Shown here piece by piece: positions 39,874 to 48,652 of a DNA stretch of 55,025 nt (within the stretch, counting starts at the first letter, position 1; each line of letters begins with the position of its first letter). This stretch comes from Clostridia bacterium (GTDB taxonomy: Bacteria > Bacillota > Clostridia > HGM11514). The stretch is from positions 1-55,025 of the forward strand of contig JAZNAU010000033.1 of assembly GCA_045586685.1 (NCBI GenBank), given 5' to 3'. Below the pieces are notes generated by a model. It made no database searches and was not told the DNA's origin. It saw only the letters and a list, made by a program, of their open reading frames with translations. A program made the position numbers and the translations under genes.

Positions 39874-40590
39874 ATGGATAAATTATTGATTTGCGACTTT
39901 GACGGAACCTTATACCGCAAGGGTGAGGAGCGTCAGTTTAAACAAATTCTGAACACGGTGAAAAACAATAAGATTCCCTTTGCAGTGGCAAGCGGAAGAC
40001 CCTGGCATATGCTTCGTCCCTATTTTGAGGATATGCTTGAGGAAATTTTCCTCATTTCCAATGACGGTGCGCTTATCACATGCGGGGAACAGGTTCTCTA
40101 CTCCCGTCCTATTGACAGGGAAAAGCTGATTCCTTTTTGTCAGGATAAACAAACAGACTGGGTCTGTTATGGTCAGCTTCTTTCCTATTTAAATATAAAG
40201 GGAAGGGCAGACGGAATCCGCTGGCGGCAAATATTCCGACAGCACACCGTAAAAATCAGCTCTATTTCGGATGTTGAAGAACCCATTTATAAAATCTTTT
40301 TTATGAATAAACCCCCATGCCCTGACTTTTTGTCCCCGACCTATGACCAGTTCGGCATTTTAGAATTTGCAGCAGCAGGAGTGAATAAGGCAGAGGCGGT
40401 CAAGTGGCTTTTAGAGACTTCTGGATTTTCAAGGGAAAACTGTTATGTGTTTGGTGACGGTGTTAACGATATCAGCATGTTTGAGGTTACCAATAACAGC
40501 TATGCCATGATCCATGCAAAACCGGAGGTAAAACAAAGAGCAAATCAAATCTGTACCAATATATATAAAGAAATAACCACTATTTTTTAA
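39874..40590 (+). CDS. HAD-IIB phosphatase, first gene of the dehydratase operon
   Basis: DFDGT, ASGR, NKAEA, FGDGVND; 10 bp upstream of the glycyl radical gene. Confidence 0.88.
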   Translation: MDKLLICDFDGTLYRKGEERQFKQILNTVKNNKIPFAVASGRPWHMLRPYFEDMLEEIFLISNDGALITCGEQVLYSRPIDREKLIPFCQDKQTDWVCYGQLLSYLNIKGRADGIRWRQIFRQHTVKISSISDVEEPIYKIFFMNKPPCPDFLSPTYDQFGILEFAAAGVNKAEAVKWLLETSGFSRENCYVFGDGVNDISMFEVTNNSYAMIHAKPEVKQRANQICTNIYKEITTIF

Positions 40591-40600
40591 GAGGTGAACC

Positions 40601-43105
40601 ATGATGAATTATCAAGCAATAGGAGAAATTCAAAAAACTCAAAGAATTGACCAAATAAAAGAAGATATGTTCCGAGGAATGCCGGAAATCGAATCTGCTC
40701 GTGCAGTTCTTCTGACCGAATCATATAGAAAAACAGAAGGTCTGCCTATGGTCAAAAGAAGAAGTGCGGCATTTCGCCATATTTTAGAAAATCTTCCCAT
40801 TGTGATTCGCTATAATGAATTGATTGTGGGAAGTCCTACTGTAAAATCCCGGGGATGTCAGATTTATCCTGAATATTCTTACGAGTGGCTGGAACAGGAA
40901 TTGGATCACATGGAAACTCGTTGTGCTGACCCTTTCATTGTTTCGGAGCAAACAAAGAAGGAGTTGCGTGCAATCTTCCCTTACTGGAAGGGAAAGACCT
41001 CCAGCGAGCTGGCAAATTCCTATATGTCAGAAGAAGCAAAGCTTGCCATTGAACACAATGTTTTCACACCAGGAAACTACTATTTTAACGGCGTTGGCCA
41101 TGTATCGGTCAACTACGGAGAAGTGCTTGAAATCGGCTATGAAGGGATTCGTGCAAAGGCAGAGACCGCATTACATAAATTAAATCAGTATGATGCAGAT
41201 TTTTGTGCAAAATCCGCCTTTTTAGAATCAGTTATTGAAAGTTGTAACGCCGCCATCACCTATGCGAACCGTTACGCAGAGCTTGCAAAAAAAGAAGCAG
41301 ATAGCTGTGCTGATACAAAACGGAAAGCAGAGCTTCTCACCATTGCTAAAAACTGCGAACGAGTTCCTGCAAAGGGTGCAACCAGCTTTTATGAAGCTTG
41401 TCAGAGTTTCTGGTTTGTGCAAATGCTGATTCAGGTGGAATCCAACGGACATTCCGTTTCTCCCGGCCGATTTGACCAGTATATGTATCCTTATTTTAAA
41501 AAGGATTTTGATAGTGGCAAGATTACTCTGGAATTTGCTCAGGAATTGATTGACTGCGTATGGTTAAAGCTGAACGATTTCTGCAAAGCAAGAGACGTAG
41601 CATCTGCAGAAGGCTTTGCAGGCTATGGTTTGTTCCAAAACCTGATTGCAGGGGGACAGACAAAGGACGGTCAGGATGCTACCAACGAGCTTTCCTACAT
41701 GACCATTCAGGCAACCATGCACGTATTCCTGCCTCAACCTTCTTTCTCAGTTCGGGTATGGAATGGTTCTCCTCAAAGCTTTTTGTTAAAAGCAGCAGAG
41801 CTGACCAGAACAGGAATTGGGTTCCCGGCCTATTACAACGACGAAGTAATTATTCCTGCATTGGTGAATCGCGGTCTGACCATCCAAGACGCACGTGACT
41901 ACAATATTATTGGTTGCGTAGAACCGCAAAAGGCAGGAAAAACTGACGGCTGGCATGATGCTGCATTCTTTAATATGTGCCGTCCTATGGAGCTGGTGTT
42001 CTCAGGCGGTAAGGATCAGGGTAAACAAATCAGTGTTGACACAGGCGATGTCACCAAACTGACTACCTTTGATGAATTTTATGATGCTTACAAAGCACAC
42101 ATGAATTATATGATTGAGCTGATGGTCAATGCAGACAATGCCATTGATTTGGCACATGCTGAGCGTTGTCCCCTTCCCTATCTGTCCTCCATGATAGAGG
42201 ATTGTATCGGAAAAGGAAAATCCGTTCAGGAGGGCGGTGCCGTTTATAATTTCACAGGTCCTCAGGGCTTTGGAATCGCCAATATGGCAGACGCACTGTA
42301 CGCCATTAAAAAGTTGGTATATGAAGAAAAAAGCGTTACCTTGGCTGAATACAAACAAGCTTTGGAGCAAAACTTTGGTCAGGGCAATGCAACAGAAATT
42401 ACCACCGCAGTAGTTCGCGAGCTGGTAGCAAAGGGTGTAACCGTATCAGAAGAAGATATTGCTTCTATTTATAAAAAAGCTTCTGAAGGACTTTCCCAAA
42501 ACGGAAATACCTTGCTCAAGAAAATTGAAGCACTTCCCAAATTCGGAAATGATATTGACGAAATTGACCTTCTTGCAAGAGATGTGGCATACAGTTATAC
42601 CAGACCTTTGGAACAGTACAAAAACCCCAGAGGTGGTCGGTATCAGGCAGGGCTTTATCCCGTTTCTGCCAATGTACCCTTGGGTGCTCAGACAGGTGCT
42701 ACGCCTGACGGACGTCTTGCTTTCACCCCCATTGCAGACGGTGTATCCCCCGCTGCGGGAAGAGATGTAAAGGGTCCTACAGCTGCGGCAAACTCTGTCT
42801 CTAAATTGGATCACTCGATTGCTTCCAACGGAACCTTATATAATATGAAATTCCATCCCTCTGCCTTAAAGGGAATGGAAGGGTTAGAAAACTTTGTTTC
42901 TCTGATTCGGGCATTCTTTGACCAGAAGGGCAGCCACGTTCAGTTCAATGTAGTCAGCAGAGAAACACTGTACGATGCACAACAGCATCCTGAGAATTAC
43001 AAAAATTTAGTGGTCCGTGTGGCAGGCTATTCTGCACTGTTTACCTCACTGTCCCGCTCCTTGCAGGATGATATTATTAACAGAACGGAGCAGTCAGCAT
43101 TTTAG
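40601..43105 (+). CDS. Glycyl radical enzyme, probable B12-independent 1,2-propanediol dehydratase
   Basis: GCVEP Cys loop, RVAGYS Gly loop, GVGH, NGHS, WHDAA; GLYPVSAN has Val where glycerol dehydratase has Ser; BMC context. Confidence 0.88.
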   Translation: MMNYQAIGEIQKTQRIDQIKEDMFRGMPEIESARAVLLTESYRKTEGLPMVKRRSAAFRHILENLPIVIRYNELIVGSPTVKSRGCQIYPEYSYEWLEQELDHMETRCADPFIVSEQTKKELRAIFPYWKGKTSSELANSYMSEEAKLAIEHNVFTPGNYYFNGVGHVSVNYGEVLEIGYEGIRAKAETALHKLNQYDADFCAKSAFLESVIESCNAAITYANRYAELAKKEADSCADTKRKAELLTIAKNCERVPAKGATSFYEACQSFWFVQMLIQVESNGHSVSPGRFDQYMYPYFKKDFDSGKITLEFAQELIDCVWLKLNDFCKARDVASAEGFAGYGLFQNLIAGGQTKDGQDATNELSYMTIQATMHVFLPQPSFSVRVWNGSPQSFLLKAAELTRTGIGFPAYYNDEVIIPALVNRGLTIQDARDYNIIGCVEPQKAGKTDGWHDAAFFNMCRPMELVFSGGKDQGKQISVDTGDVTKLTTFDEFYDAYKAHMNYMIELMVNADNAIDLAHAERCPLPYLSSMIEDCIGKGKSVQEGGAVYNFTGPQGFGIANMADALYAIKKLVYEEKSVTLAEYKQALEQNFGQGNATEITTAVVRELVAKGVTVSEEDIASIYKKASEGLSQNGNTLLKKIEALPKFGNDIDEIDLLARDVAYSYTRPLEQYKNPRGGRYQAGLYPVSANVPLGAQTGATPDGRLAFTPIADGVSPAAGRDVKGPTAAANSVSKLDHSIASNGTLYNMKFHPSALKGMEGLENFVSLIRAFFDQKGSHVQFNVVSRETLYDAQQHPENYKNLVVRVAGYSALFTSLSRSLQDDIINRTEQSAF

Positions 43106-43120
43106 TAAAGGATTTTGATT

Positions 43121-43906
43121 ATGACAAATTATCTGGAAACAAAGGGACGTATCTTTGACATCCAGCGATATTCCGTCCATGACGGACCGGGAATCCGTAC
43201 CATTGTCTTTTTAAAGGGATGCTTATTCCGCTGTAAATGGTGCTGCAACCCCGAATCACAAAGTTACGAGATACAAACCATGAAAACAGAACAAGGTGAC
43301 AAAATAATGGGCAGGGATGTTACCGCCCGTGAGGTGCTGGAGGAAGTCAAGCAGGATATGCCCTACTACCGCCGTTCCCGTGGAGGTCTTACCCTTTCGG
43401 GAGGAGAATCCTTATTACAGCCCACCTTTGCAAAGGCGTTGTTTATGGGAGCACATGAGCTGGGAATTAACACCGCAATGGAAACAACGGGTGCGGTTAG
43501 CATGGAAACCATTGCCGACCTTCTTCCTCACATTGATTATTTTCTGATGGATATTAAGCACATGAATCCTGAAAAGCACAAGGAATTTACAACCCGCGAT
43601 AACAAACTGGCTTTGGAAAATGCAAAAACCATTGCACAAAGAGCCAATTACTATGCAGTACGGATTCCTGTGATTCCCGGATTTAATGATACACCTGAAG
43701 AAATTGCCGCCATTGCCCGCTATGCAGAAGAGCTTTCGGCAGACAGGCTTCACCTGTTGCCCTATCATCGGTTGGGGGCAGATAAATATGCCTCTTTAGG
43801 CAGAACCTATGAGCTTTCTGAAATTCTTCCGCCGGATGAATCAAAAATGGCAGCACTGTTGCGAGTGGCTCAGGAATTTAAAACACCTTGTCAAATAGGA
43901 GGATAA
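43121..43906 (+). CDS. Glycyl-radical activating enzyme, short form without ferredoxin insert
   Basis: HDGPGIRT.VFLKGCLFRCKWCCNPES, GGLTLSGGE, LLPYH. Confidence 0.93.
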   Translation: MTNYLETKGRIFDIQRYSVHDGPGIRTIVFLKGCLFRCKWCCNPESQSYEIQTMKTEQGDKIMGRDVTAREVLEEVKQDMPYYRRSRGGLTLSGGESLLQPTFAKALFMGAHELGINTAMETTGAVSMETIADLLPHIDYFLMDIKHMNPEKHKEFTTRDNKLALENAKTIAQRANYYAVRIPVIPGFNDTPEEIAAIARYAEELSADRLHLLPYHRLGADKYASLGRTYELSEILPPDESKMAALLRVAQEFKTPCQIGG

Positions 43907-43910
43907 GCCG

Positions 43911-44270
43911 ATGGAACAATTACAGGATAAAATGAGAATTGTACAGGAATTGGTACCGGGAAAACAGATTACTCTGGCACACATCATTGCCAATCCTGAC
44001 GAAATATTATATCAGAAATTAGGACTTGATCCGGCAGAGGACCATAAGGGTGCCATCGGAATCATTACCATGTCTCCCAGTGAAACAGCCATTATCGCGG
44101 GGGATATTGCGATTAAGACTTCAGCCGCTGAGTTGGGCTTTGTGGATCGGTTCAGCGGAACGCTGATTGTAACCGGTACCGTATCCGAGGTGCAGGAGTC
44201 ATTGCTGGGAGTGACTGAGTATTGTGCTCAGACACTGCACTTTACCGTCTGCCCCATTACAAAAACATGA
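43911..44270 (+). CDS. Circularly permuted BMC shell protein (PduU/EutS type)
   Basis: RIVQELVPGKQITLAHIIANP, DRFSG, CPITKT. Confidence 0.92.
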   Translation: MEQLQDKMRIVQELVPGKQITLAHIIANPDEILYQKLGLDPAEDHKGAIGIITMSPSETAIIAGDIAIKTSAAELGFVDRFSGTLIVTGTVSEVQESLLGVTEYCAQTLHFTVCPITKT

Positions 44271-44689
44271 AGCGAATTATTTTTATTGGAAAAAGCAGTG
44301 CAGGCAAAACCTCTCTGACCCAGAAAATGAGAAACAAGCCTGTTGCCTATCATAAAACACAGTATGTCAATTTTAAAGATATGGTCATTGACACACCGGG
44401 AGAATATGCGGAGAATGCAGAACTTGCCGCCGCGTTGGCTCTTTATTCCTACGAGGCGGACGTAGTGGGACTGCTCATCAGTGCCACCGATCCCTTTTCC
44501 CTGTTCCCCCCAAATATTACCCCTCTGGTAAACCGTGAGGTCATCGGCATTGTAACCCAGATTGACCGGCCTGATGCAAGACCTGATCGTGCAGAACGGT
44601 GGTTGCGATTGTCCGGATGCAAAAAAGTCTTTCATACCAGTGCTATCACGGGAGAAGGAGTCAAGGAATTACAAGATTATTTGCTATAA
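44267..44689 (+). CDS. EutP/PduV-family P-loop NTPase
   Basis: GKSSAGKT, YHKTQ, IDTPGEY; ATGA overlap with the pduU-like gene. Confidence 0.92.
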   Translation: MKRIIFIGKSSAGKTSLTQKMRNKPVAYHKTQYVNFKDMVIDTPGEYAENAELAAALALYSYEADVVGLLISATDPFSLFPPNITPLVNREVIGIVTQIDRPDARPDRAERWLRLSGCKKVFHTSAITGEGVKELQDYLL

Positions 44690-44765
44690 AAGTTTGTTTT
44701 TCTTTGGTTTTCGGTTTGAAAACAGAAAAAAACCACAAAAATAAAGAAAAAAACAGAAAAAGCTA

Positions 44766-44794
44766 TTGACTTTTATGTCTTTTTATGCTATGAT
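44766..44794 (+). promoter_or_regulatory. SigA promoter P2 (aldolase-shell operon)
   Basis: TTGACT-N17-TATGAT with extended TG. Confidence 0.75.
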
Positions 44795-44846
44795 TGTACT
44801 ATAGAATAGTACATTTATAAAAATCTGAAACAAAGGAGTAAACAAA

Positions 44847-45650
44847 ATGGTATCAGAATTCGAAATCAAAAAACAAATTTGCGACATTGGTAAAAGAATT
44901 TATGACCGTGGCATGGTTGCTGCAAACGACGGTAACATTTCGGTTAAAATTTCTGACAACGAATTTCTGTGCACCCCTACCGGTGTAAGTAAGGGATTTA
45001 TGACACCTGACTACATCTGTAAAGTAGACGCTGAAGGAAATGTGTTGCAAGCAAACGGCAACTTCAAACCTTCCTCGGAAATTAAAATGCACATGAGAGT
45101 GTACAAACAACGTCCTGATGTCATGAGTGTTGTTCATGCTCATCCCATCTATGCTACAAGCTTTGCGATTGCAGGAATTCCGCTGACTCAGCCGATTATG
45201 CCTGAAGCAGTCATTGCTCTTGGATGTGTACCGATTGCTGAATACGGTACTCCCTCCACCAACGAAATTCCCGACGCAGTAGAAAAGTACTTACAATATT
45301 ATGACGCAGTACTGTTGGCAAACCACGGTGCTCTGTCCTATTCCGATTCTTTGCTGAGTGCTTATCACAAAATGGAATCCTTGGAATTTTACGCAGAACT
45401 GCTGTTCAAATCCAAGCAGTTGGGCGGACCTAAGGAACTGAGCGAAGAACAGGTTCAGCGTCTGTATGAAATCAGAAGACAGTTTGGTCTGAAAGGCAAG
45501 CATCCTGCTGATGTTTGCCCTAACGCTAAGGAAGGCAAGCCCAGCTGTCACAGTTGTGGCGGAAAATGTTCCTGCCACGTTGACCATTCCGATTCTGATG
45601 CAAAACTGATTGCTGAAATCACCAAAAAGATTATGGCTCAGTTAGGCTAA
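44847..45650 (+). CDS. Class II aldolase (fuculose/rhamnulose-1-phosphate type) with C-terminal encapsulation peptide
   Basis: DGNIS, TPTG, PSSE, HAHP, NHG; tail DAKLIAEITKKIMAQLG. Confidence 0.9.
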   Translation: MVSEFEIKKQICDIGKRIYDRGMVAANDGNISVKISDNEFLCTPTGVSKGFMTPDYICKVDAEGNVLQANGNFKPSSEIKMHMRVYKQRPDVMSVVHAHPIYATSFAIAGIPLTQPIMPEAVIALGCVPIAEYGTPSTNEIPDAVEKYLQYYDAVLLANHGALSYSDSLLSAYHKMESLEFYAELLFKSKQLGGPKELSEEQVQRLYEIRRQFGLKGKHPADVCPNAKEGKPSCHSCGGKCSCHVDHSDSDAKLIAEITKKIMAQLG

Positions 45651-45667
45651 TAAAGGGAGTGTTTCCC

Positions 45668-46132
45668 ATGAATGAACAACAAATTATCAAAGCGGTAGAA
45701 CAAGCAGTTCGTTCTTCCTCCTCTGTTACACTGGCACAGGCAAAAAAACTGATTGCCAAAGTAGAGGAAGAGGCTGCAAGAATTGGAGTTAATGCAGTTG
45801 TTGCAGTAGCAAACAGCGGTGCACACCCAATCGCAGTAGAATGTATGGATGACAGTTTTATCGCAAGCTATGATGTGGCGGTGCAAAAAACCTACACCTG
45901 TGTTTCTCTGAAAATGTCCACCATGGACCTGAAAAAGCTTTCTCAGCCCGAACAACCTTTGTACGGGATTCAGTTTACCAATCAGGGAAAGATTGTCATT
46001 TTCGGCGGGGGTGTTCCTCTGTTTCGGGGTGACCGAGTCATCGGTGCCTTGGGTGTCAGCGGTGGAAGCGAAGAGCAGGATACCTATCTTGCTGATTTTG
46101 GAAAAAAGGTGTTTGAGGAGGAAATTCTTTGA
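45668..46132 (+). CDS. GlcG/PduO-C-type heme-binding protein with N-terminal encapsulation peptide
   Basis: VVAVAN, MDDS, GGGVPL, IGALGVSGGSEEQD; N-terminus NEQQIIKAVEQAV. Confidence 0.85.
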   Translation: MNEQQIIKAVEQAVRSSSSVTLAQAKKLIAKVEEEAARIGVNAVVAVANSGAHPIAVECMDDSFIASYDVAVQKTYTCVSLKMSTMDLKKLSQPEQPLYGIQFTNQGKIVIFGGGVPLFRGDRVIGALGVSGGSEEQDTYLADFGKKVFEEEIL

Positions 46133-46422
46133 CACAGCCCAAACAAACCGGACTACATATTCTATCCGTTTCACCGGAGGAAGAACAGTCGGTCATTTAT
46201 CAGTTAATTGAACAGGGAGGATATCTTTGTTCCCGCGAGGAAGAACAGTTGCTACCTTCCCTGTTGAATAAAACCTCCAATCTGTCAGCAGTGTTGTATT
46301 TGCTGGGCAGTGCGGCGGGGGCAGACAGAAGCTTTCTGATTTGCCGAAAAAATATTTCCTATGACGGTACCGTTCCGGTGATCGTCGTAAGAAGCGAAAC
46401 TACTAAGAATCGAGGGATAACT

Positions 46423-47625
46423 ATGGATGCTGCAAACATTGAAAAAATTGTACAGCAAGTCATTTCCCAGTTGAACGGGTCATCTGCTGCTCCTGCATCT
46501 TCCGCAAAATCTGCAGGACCGATTCCCAAGACCGCAAAAGCTGCAATGCTCACAAAATTAGAGCATTACGAGATCAAGGAATTCCCCATCCCCGAATTGG
46601 GCGATGATGATATTCTGGTCAAGGTGGAAGGCTGCGGTGTTTGCGGAACAGATGCTCATGAGTTCAAACGCGATCCTTTCGGTCTGATTCCTGTTGTGTT
46701 AGGACACGAAGGAACAGGCGAAATCGTGAAGATGGGAAAAAATGTAAAAGTTGACAGTGCCGGAAAACCACTTAATATCGGTGACAAGGTTGTTACCTGT
46801 ATGATTTTCAAGGACAATCCGGACATTACCATGTTCGACATGAACAAACAAAACGTTGGCGGGGCAGATGTTTACGGTCTGGTTCCCGATGACGATATTC
46901 ATTTAAATGGATGGTTTGCGGATTATATTGTAATTCGCGGCGGTTCCTCCATATTCAATGTCAGTGATCTGGATCTGGATTCCAGAATTCTGATTGAGCC
47001 CTGTGCAGTATTGATGCACGCAGTAGAACGGGCAAAAACAACGGGTATTCTGCGGTTTAACAGCCGTGTAGTGGTACAGGGTTGCGGGCCTATTGGTCTG
47101 ATTTGTATCGCAATTTTGCGTACCATGGGAATTGAAAACATTACCGCAGTGGACGGGGAAGAAAAACGTCTGTCCTTTGCAAAGGAAATGGGCGCAACAA
47201 AAACCGTTAACTTCAAAGACCATAAGGGTATTGAAGCATTGGCAGGAGCAGTGAAGGACTCCTTCGGTGGCTATGAAGCAGATTTTGCGTTCCAGTGCAC
47301 CGGCTCCCCCATTGCTCACAGCAACATTTATAAATTTATCAGAAGCGGTGGCGGATTGTGCGAATTAGGCTTTTTCATCAATGGCGGAGATGCTACCATC
47401 AATCCTCACTTTGACCTTTGCTCCAAGGAAATCACCTTGGTTGGCTCTTGGGTATATACCTTAAGAGATTATGCAACCACCTTTGATTTCTTAAAACGTG
47501 CAAAAGGCATTGGACTTCCTCTGGAAAAACTGATTACCCACAGATATTCATTAGAGGAAATTAACCAAGCTCATGAAACCAACCTGAAAATGGAAGGTTT
47601 GAAGATTGCAATTATTAACAAATAA
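46423..47625 (+). CDS. Zinc-dependent (MDR) alcohol dehydrogenase with encapsulation peptide; frame stays open upstream to TTG 46129
   Basis: CGVCGTDAH, GHEG, QGCGPIG; N-terminus DAANIEKIVQQVISQL behind GAGGGA. Confidence 0.88.
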   Translation: MDAANIEKIVQQVISQLNGSSAAPASSAKSAGPIPKTAKAAMLTKLEHYEIKEFPIPELGDDDILVKVEGCGVCGTDAHEFKRDPFGLIPVVLGHEGTGEIVKMGKNVKVDSAGKPLNIGDKVVTCMIFKDNPDITMFDMNKQNVGGADVYGLVPDDDIHLNGWFADYIVIRGGSSIFNVSDLDLDSRILIEPCAVLMHAVERAKTTGILRFNSRVVVQGCGPIGLICIAILRTMGIENITAVDGEEKRLSFAKEMGATKTVNFKDHKGIEALAGAVKDSFGGYEADFAFQCTGSPIAHSNIYKFIRSGGGLCELGFFINGGDATINPHFDLCSKEITLVGSWVYTLRDYATTFDFLKRAKGIGLPLEKLITHRYSLEEINQAHETNLKMEGLKIAIINK

Positions 47626-47640
47626 TAGGAGGAAATAAAA

Positions 47641-47916
47641 ATGGCACAGGAAGCATTAGGAATGATTGAAACCAGAGGTCTTACCGCTGCGATTGAAGCT
47701 GCAGATGCTATGGTTAAGGCTGCTGAAGTTACCTTGATTGGTACCGAAAAAATCGGTTCCGGTTTGGTAAGTGTTATGGTTCGCGGGGATGTTGGCGCTG
47801 TTAAAGCTGCAACAGAAGCAGGCTCCTCTTCCGCTCAGAAGCTGGGCGAATTGGTTGCCGTTCATGTAATTCCCAGACCCCATGCAGATGTTGAAAAGTT
47901 ACTTCCTAAATTTTAA
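47641..47916 (+). CDS. BMC-H shell hexamer (PduA-like)
   Basis: [23 protein letters not shown] pore, [14 protein letters not shown]. Confidence 0.96.
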   Translation: MAQEALGMIETRGLTAAIEAADAMVKAAEVTLIGTEKIGSGLVSVMVRGDVGAVKAATEAGSSSAQKLGELVAVHVIPRPHADVEKLLPKF

Positions 47917-48032
47917 TTTTGAAAGGAACGGTAACAAATATGGCTGCTAATAATAGTAAAAAAACAACAACAGCAGCGACAAAACCCGCTGCAGTTGCAG
48001 AAGAAGTAAAAACTATCAAGGAGGTAAAAAAG

Positions 48033-48311
48033 ATGGCACAGGAAGCATTGGGAATGGTTGAAACCAGAGGCTTGGTTGCAGCAATCGAAGCTGCAGACTC
48101 CATGCTCAAGGCCGCAAACGTAGTACTGGTTGGTACCGAAAAAATCGGTTCCGGTCTGGTAAGCGTTATGGTCAGAGGTGACGTTGGTGCGGTAAAGGCT
48201 GCTGTTGAAGCAGGCGATTCCTCCGCAAGACGTCTGGGCGAAGTAATTGCAACTCACGTTATTCCTCGTCCTCACAGCGATGTTGAAAAATTATTACCTT
48301 CGCTGAAATAA
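48033..48311 (+). CDS. Second BMC-H shell hexamer; alternative upstream ATG at 47940
   Basis: Close paralog of the previous gene; AAGGAGG before ATG 48033. Confidence 0.93.
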   Translation: MAQEALGMVETRGLVAAIEAADSMLKAANVVLVGTEKIGSGLVSVMVRGDVGAVKAAVEAGDSSARRLGEVIATHVIPRPHSDVEKLLPSLK

Positions 48312-48314
48312 TGT

Positions 48315-48358
48315 AAGTTTTCGGGGTTACCGATAAACGGTAACCCCGACAAAAACTT
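48315..48358 (+). other. Strong intergenic stem-loop after the BMC-H genes
   Basis: TCGGGGTTACCG-ATAAA-CGGTAACCCCGA; no U-tract on the plus strand. Confidence 0.7.
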
Positions 48359-48379
48359 CCGAATGGGAGGCTTTTAGTT

Positions 48380-48649
48380 ATGTTAATCGGAACTGTAGTT
48401 GGAAGCGTTGTTTCCACCAGAAAATGTGAGAATTTAATTGGAAACAAATTTATGATTGTAAACCTGCATAAAAACATGGCAGGCCCCAGCAAGCAGTTAA
48501 TTGCAGTTGACCCTATTGGTGCCGGTATCGGGGAAGTGGTACTGATTGCAACAGGAAGTGCTGCAAGAATTGGCTGTGATATGGCGGATACCCCTGTGGA
48601 TGCTGCCATTGTTGGTATTGTGGATCATTGCTCTGAACTGGAGAGTTAA
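48380..48649 (+). CDS. BMC-P vertex pentamer (EutN/CcmL)
   Basis: GTVVGSVVSTRK, AVDPIGAGIGE, GSAAR, DAAIVGIVD. Confidence 0.96.
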   Translation: MLIGTVVGSVVSTRKCENLIGNKFMIVNLHKNMAGPSKQLIAVDPIGAGIGEVVLIATGSAARIGCDMADTPVDAAIVGIVDHCSELES

Positions 48650-48652
48650 ACC

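Noticed and set aside
40601-43105. Pyruvate formate-lyase, choline TMA-lyase or glycerol dehydratase assignment
   Set aside because: Single-Cys GCVEP loop (PFL has CC); GLYPVSAN and the aldolase/BMC context fit propanediol dehydratase better.
45647-46174. 175-aa antisense ORF, and similar antisense ORFs across the BMC and dcw genes
   Set aside because: Opposite well-supported genes; codon-bias shadows.
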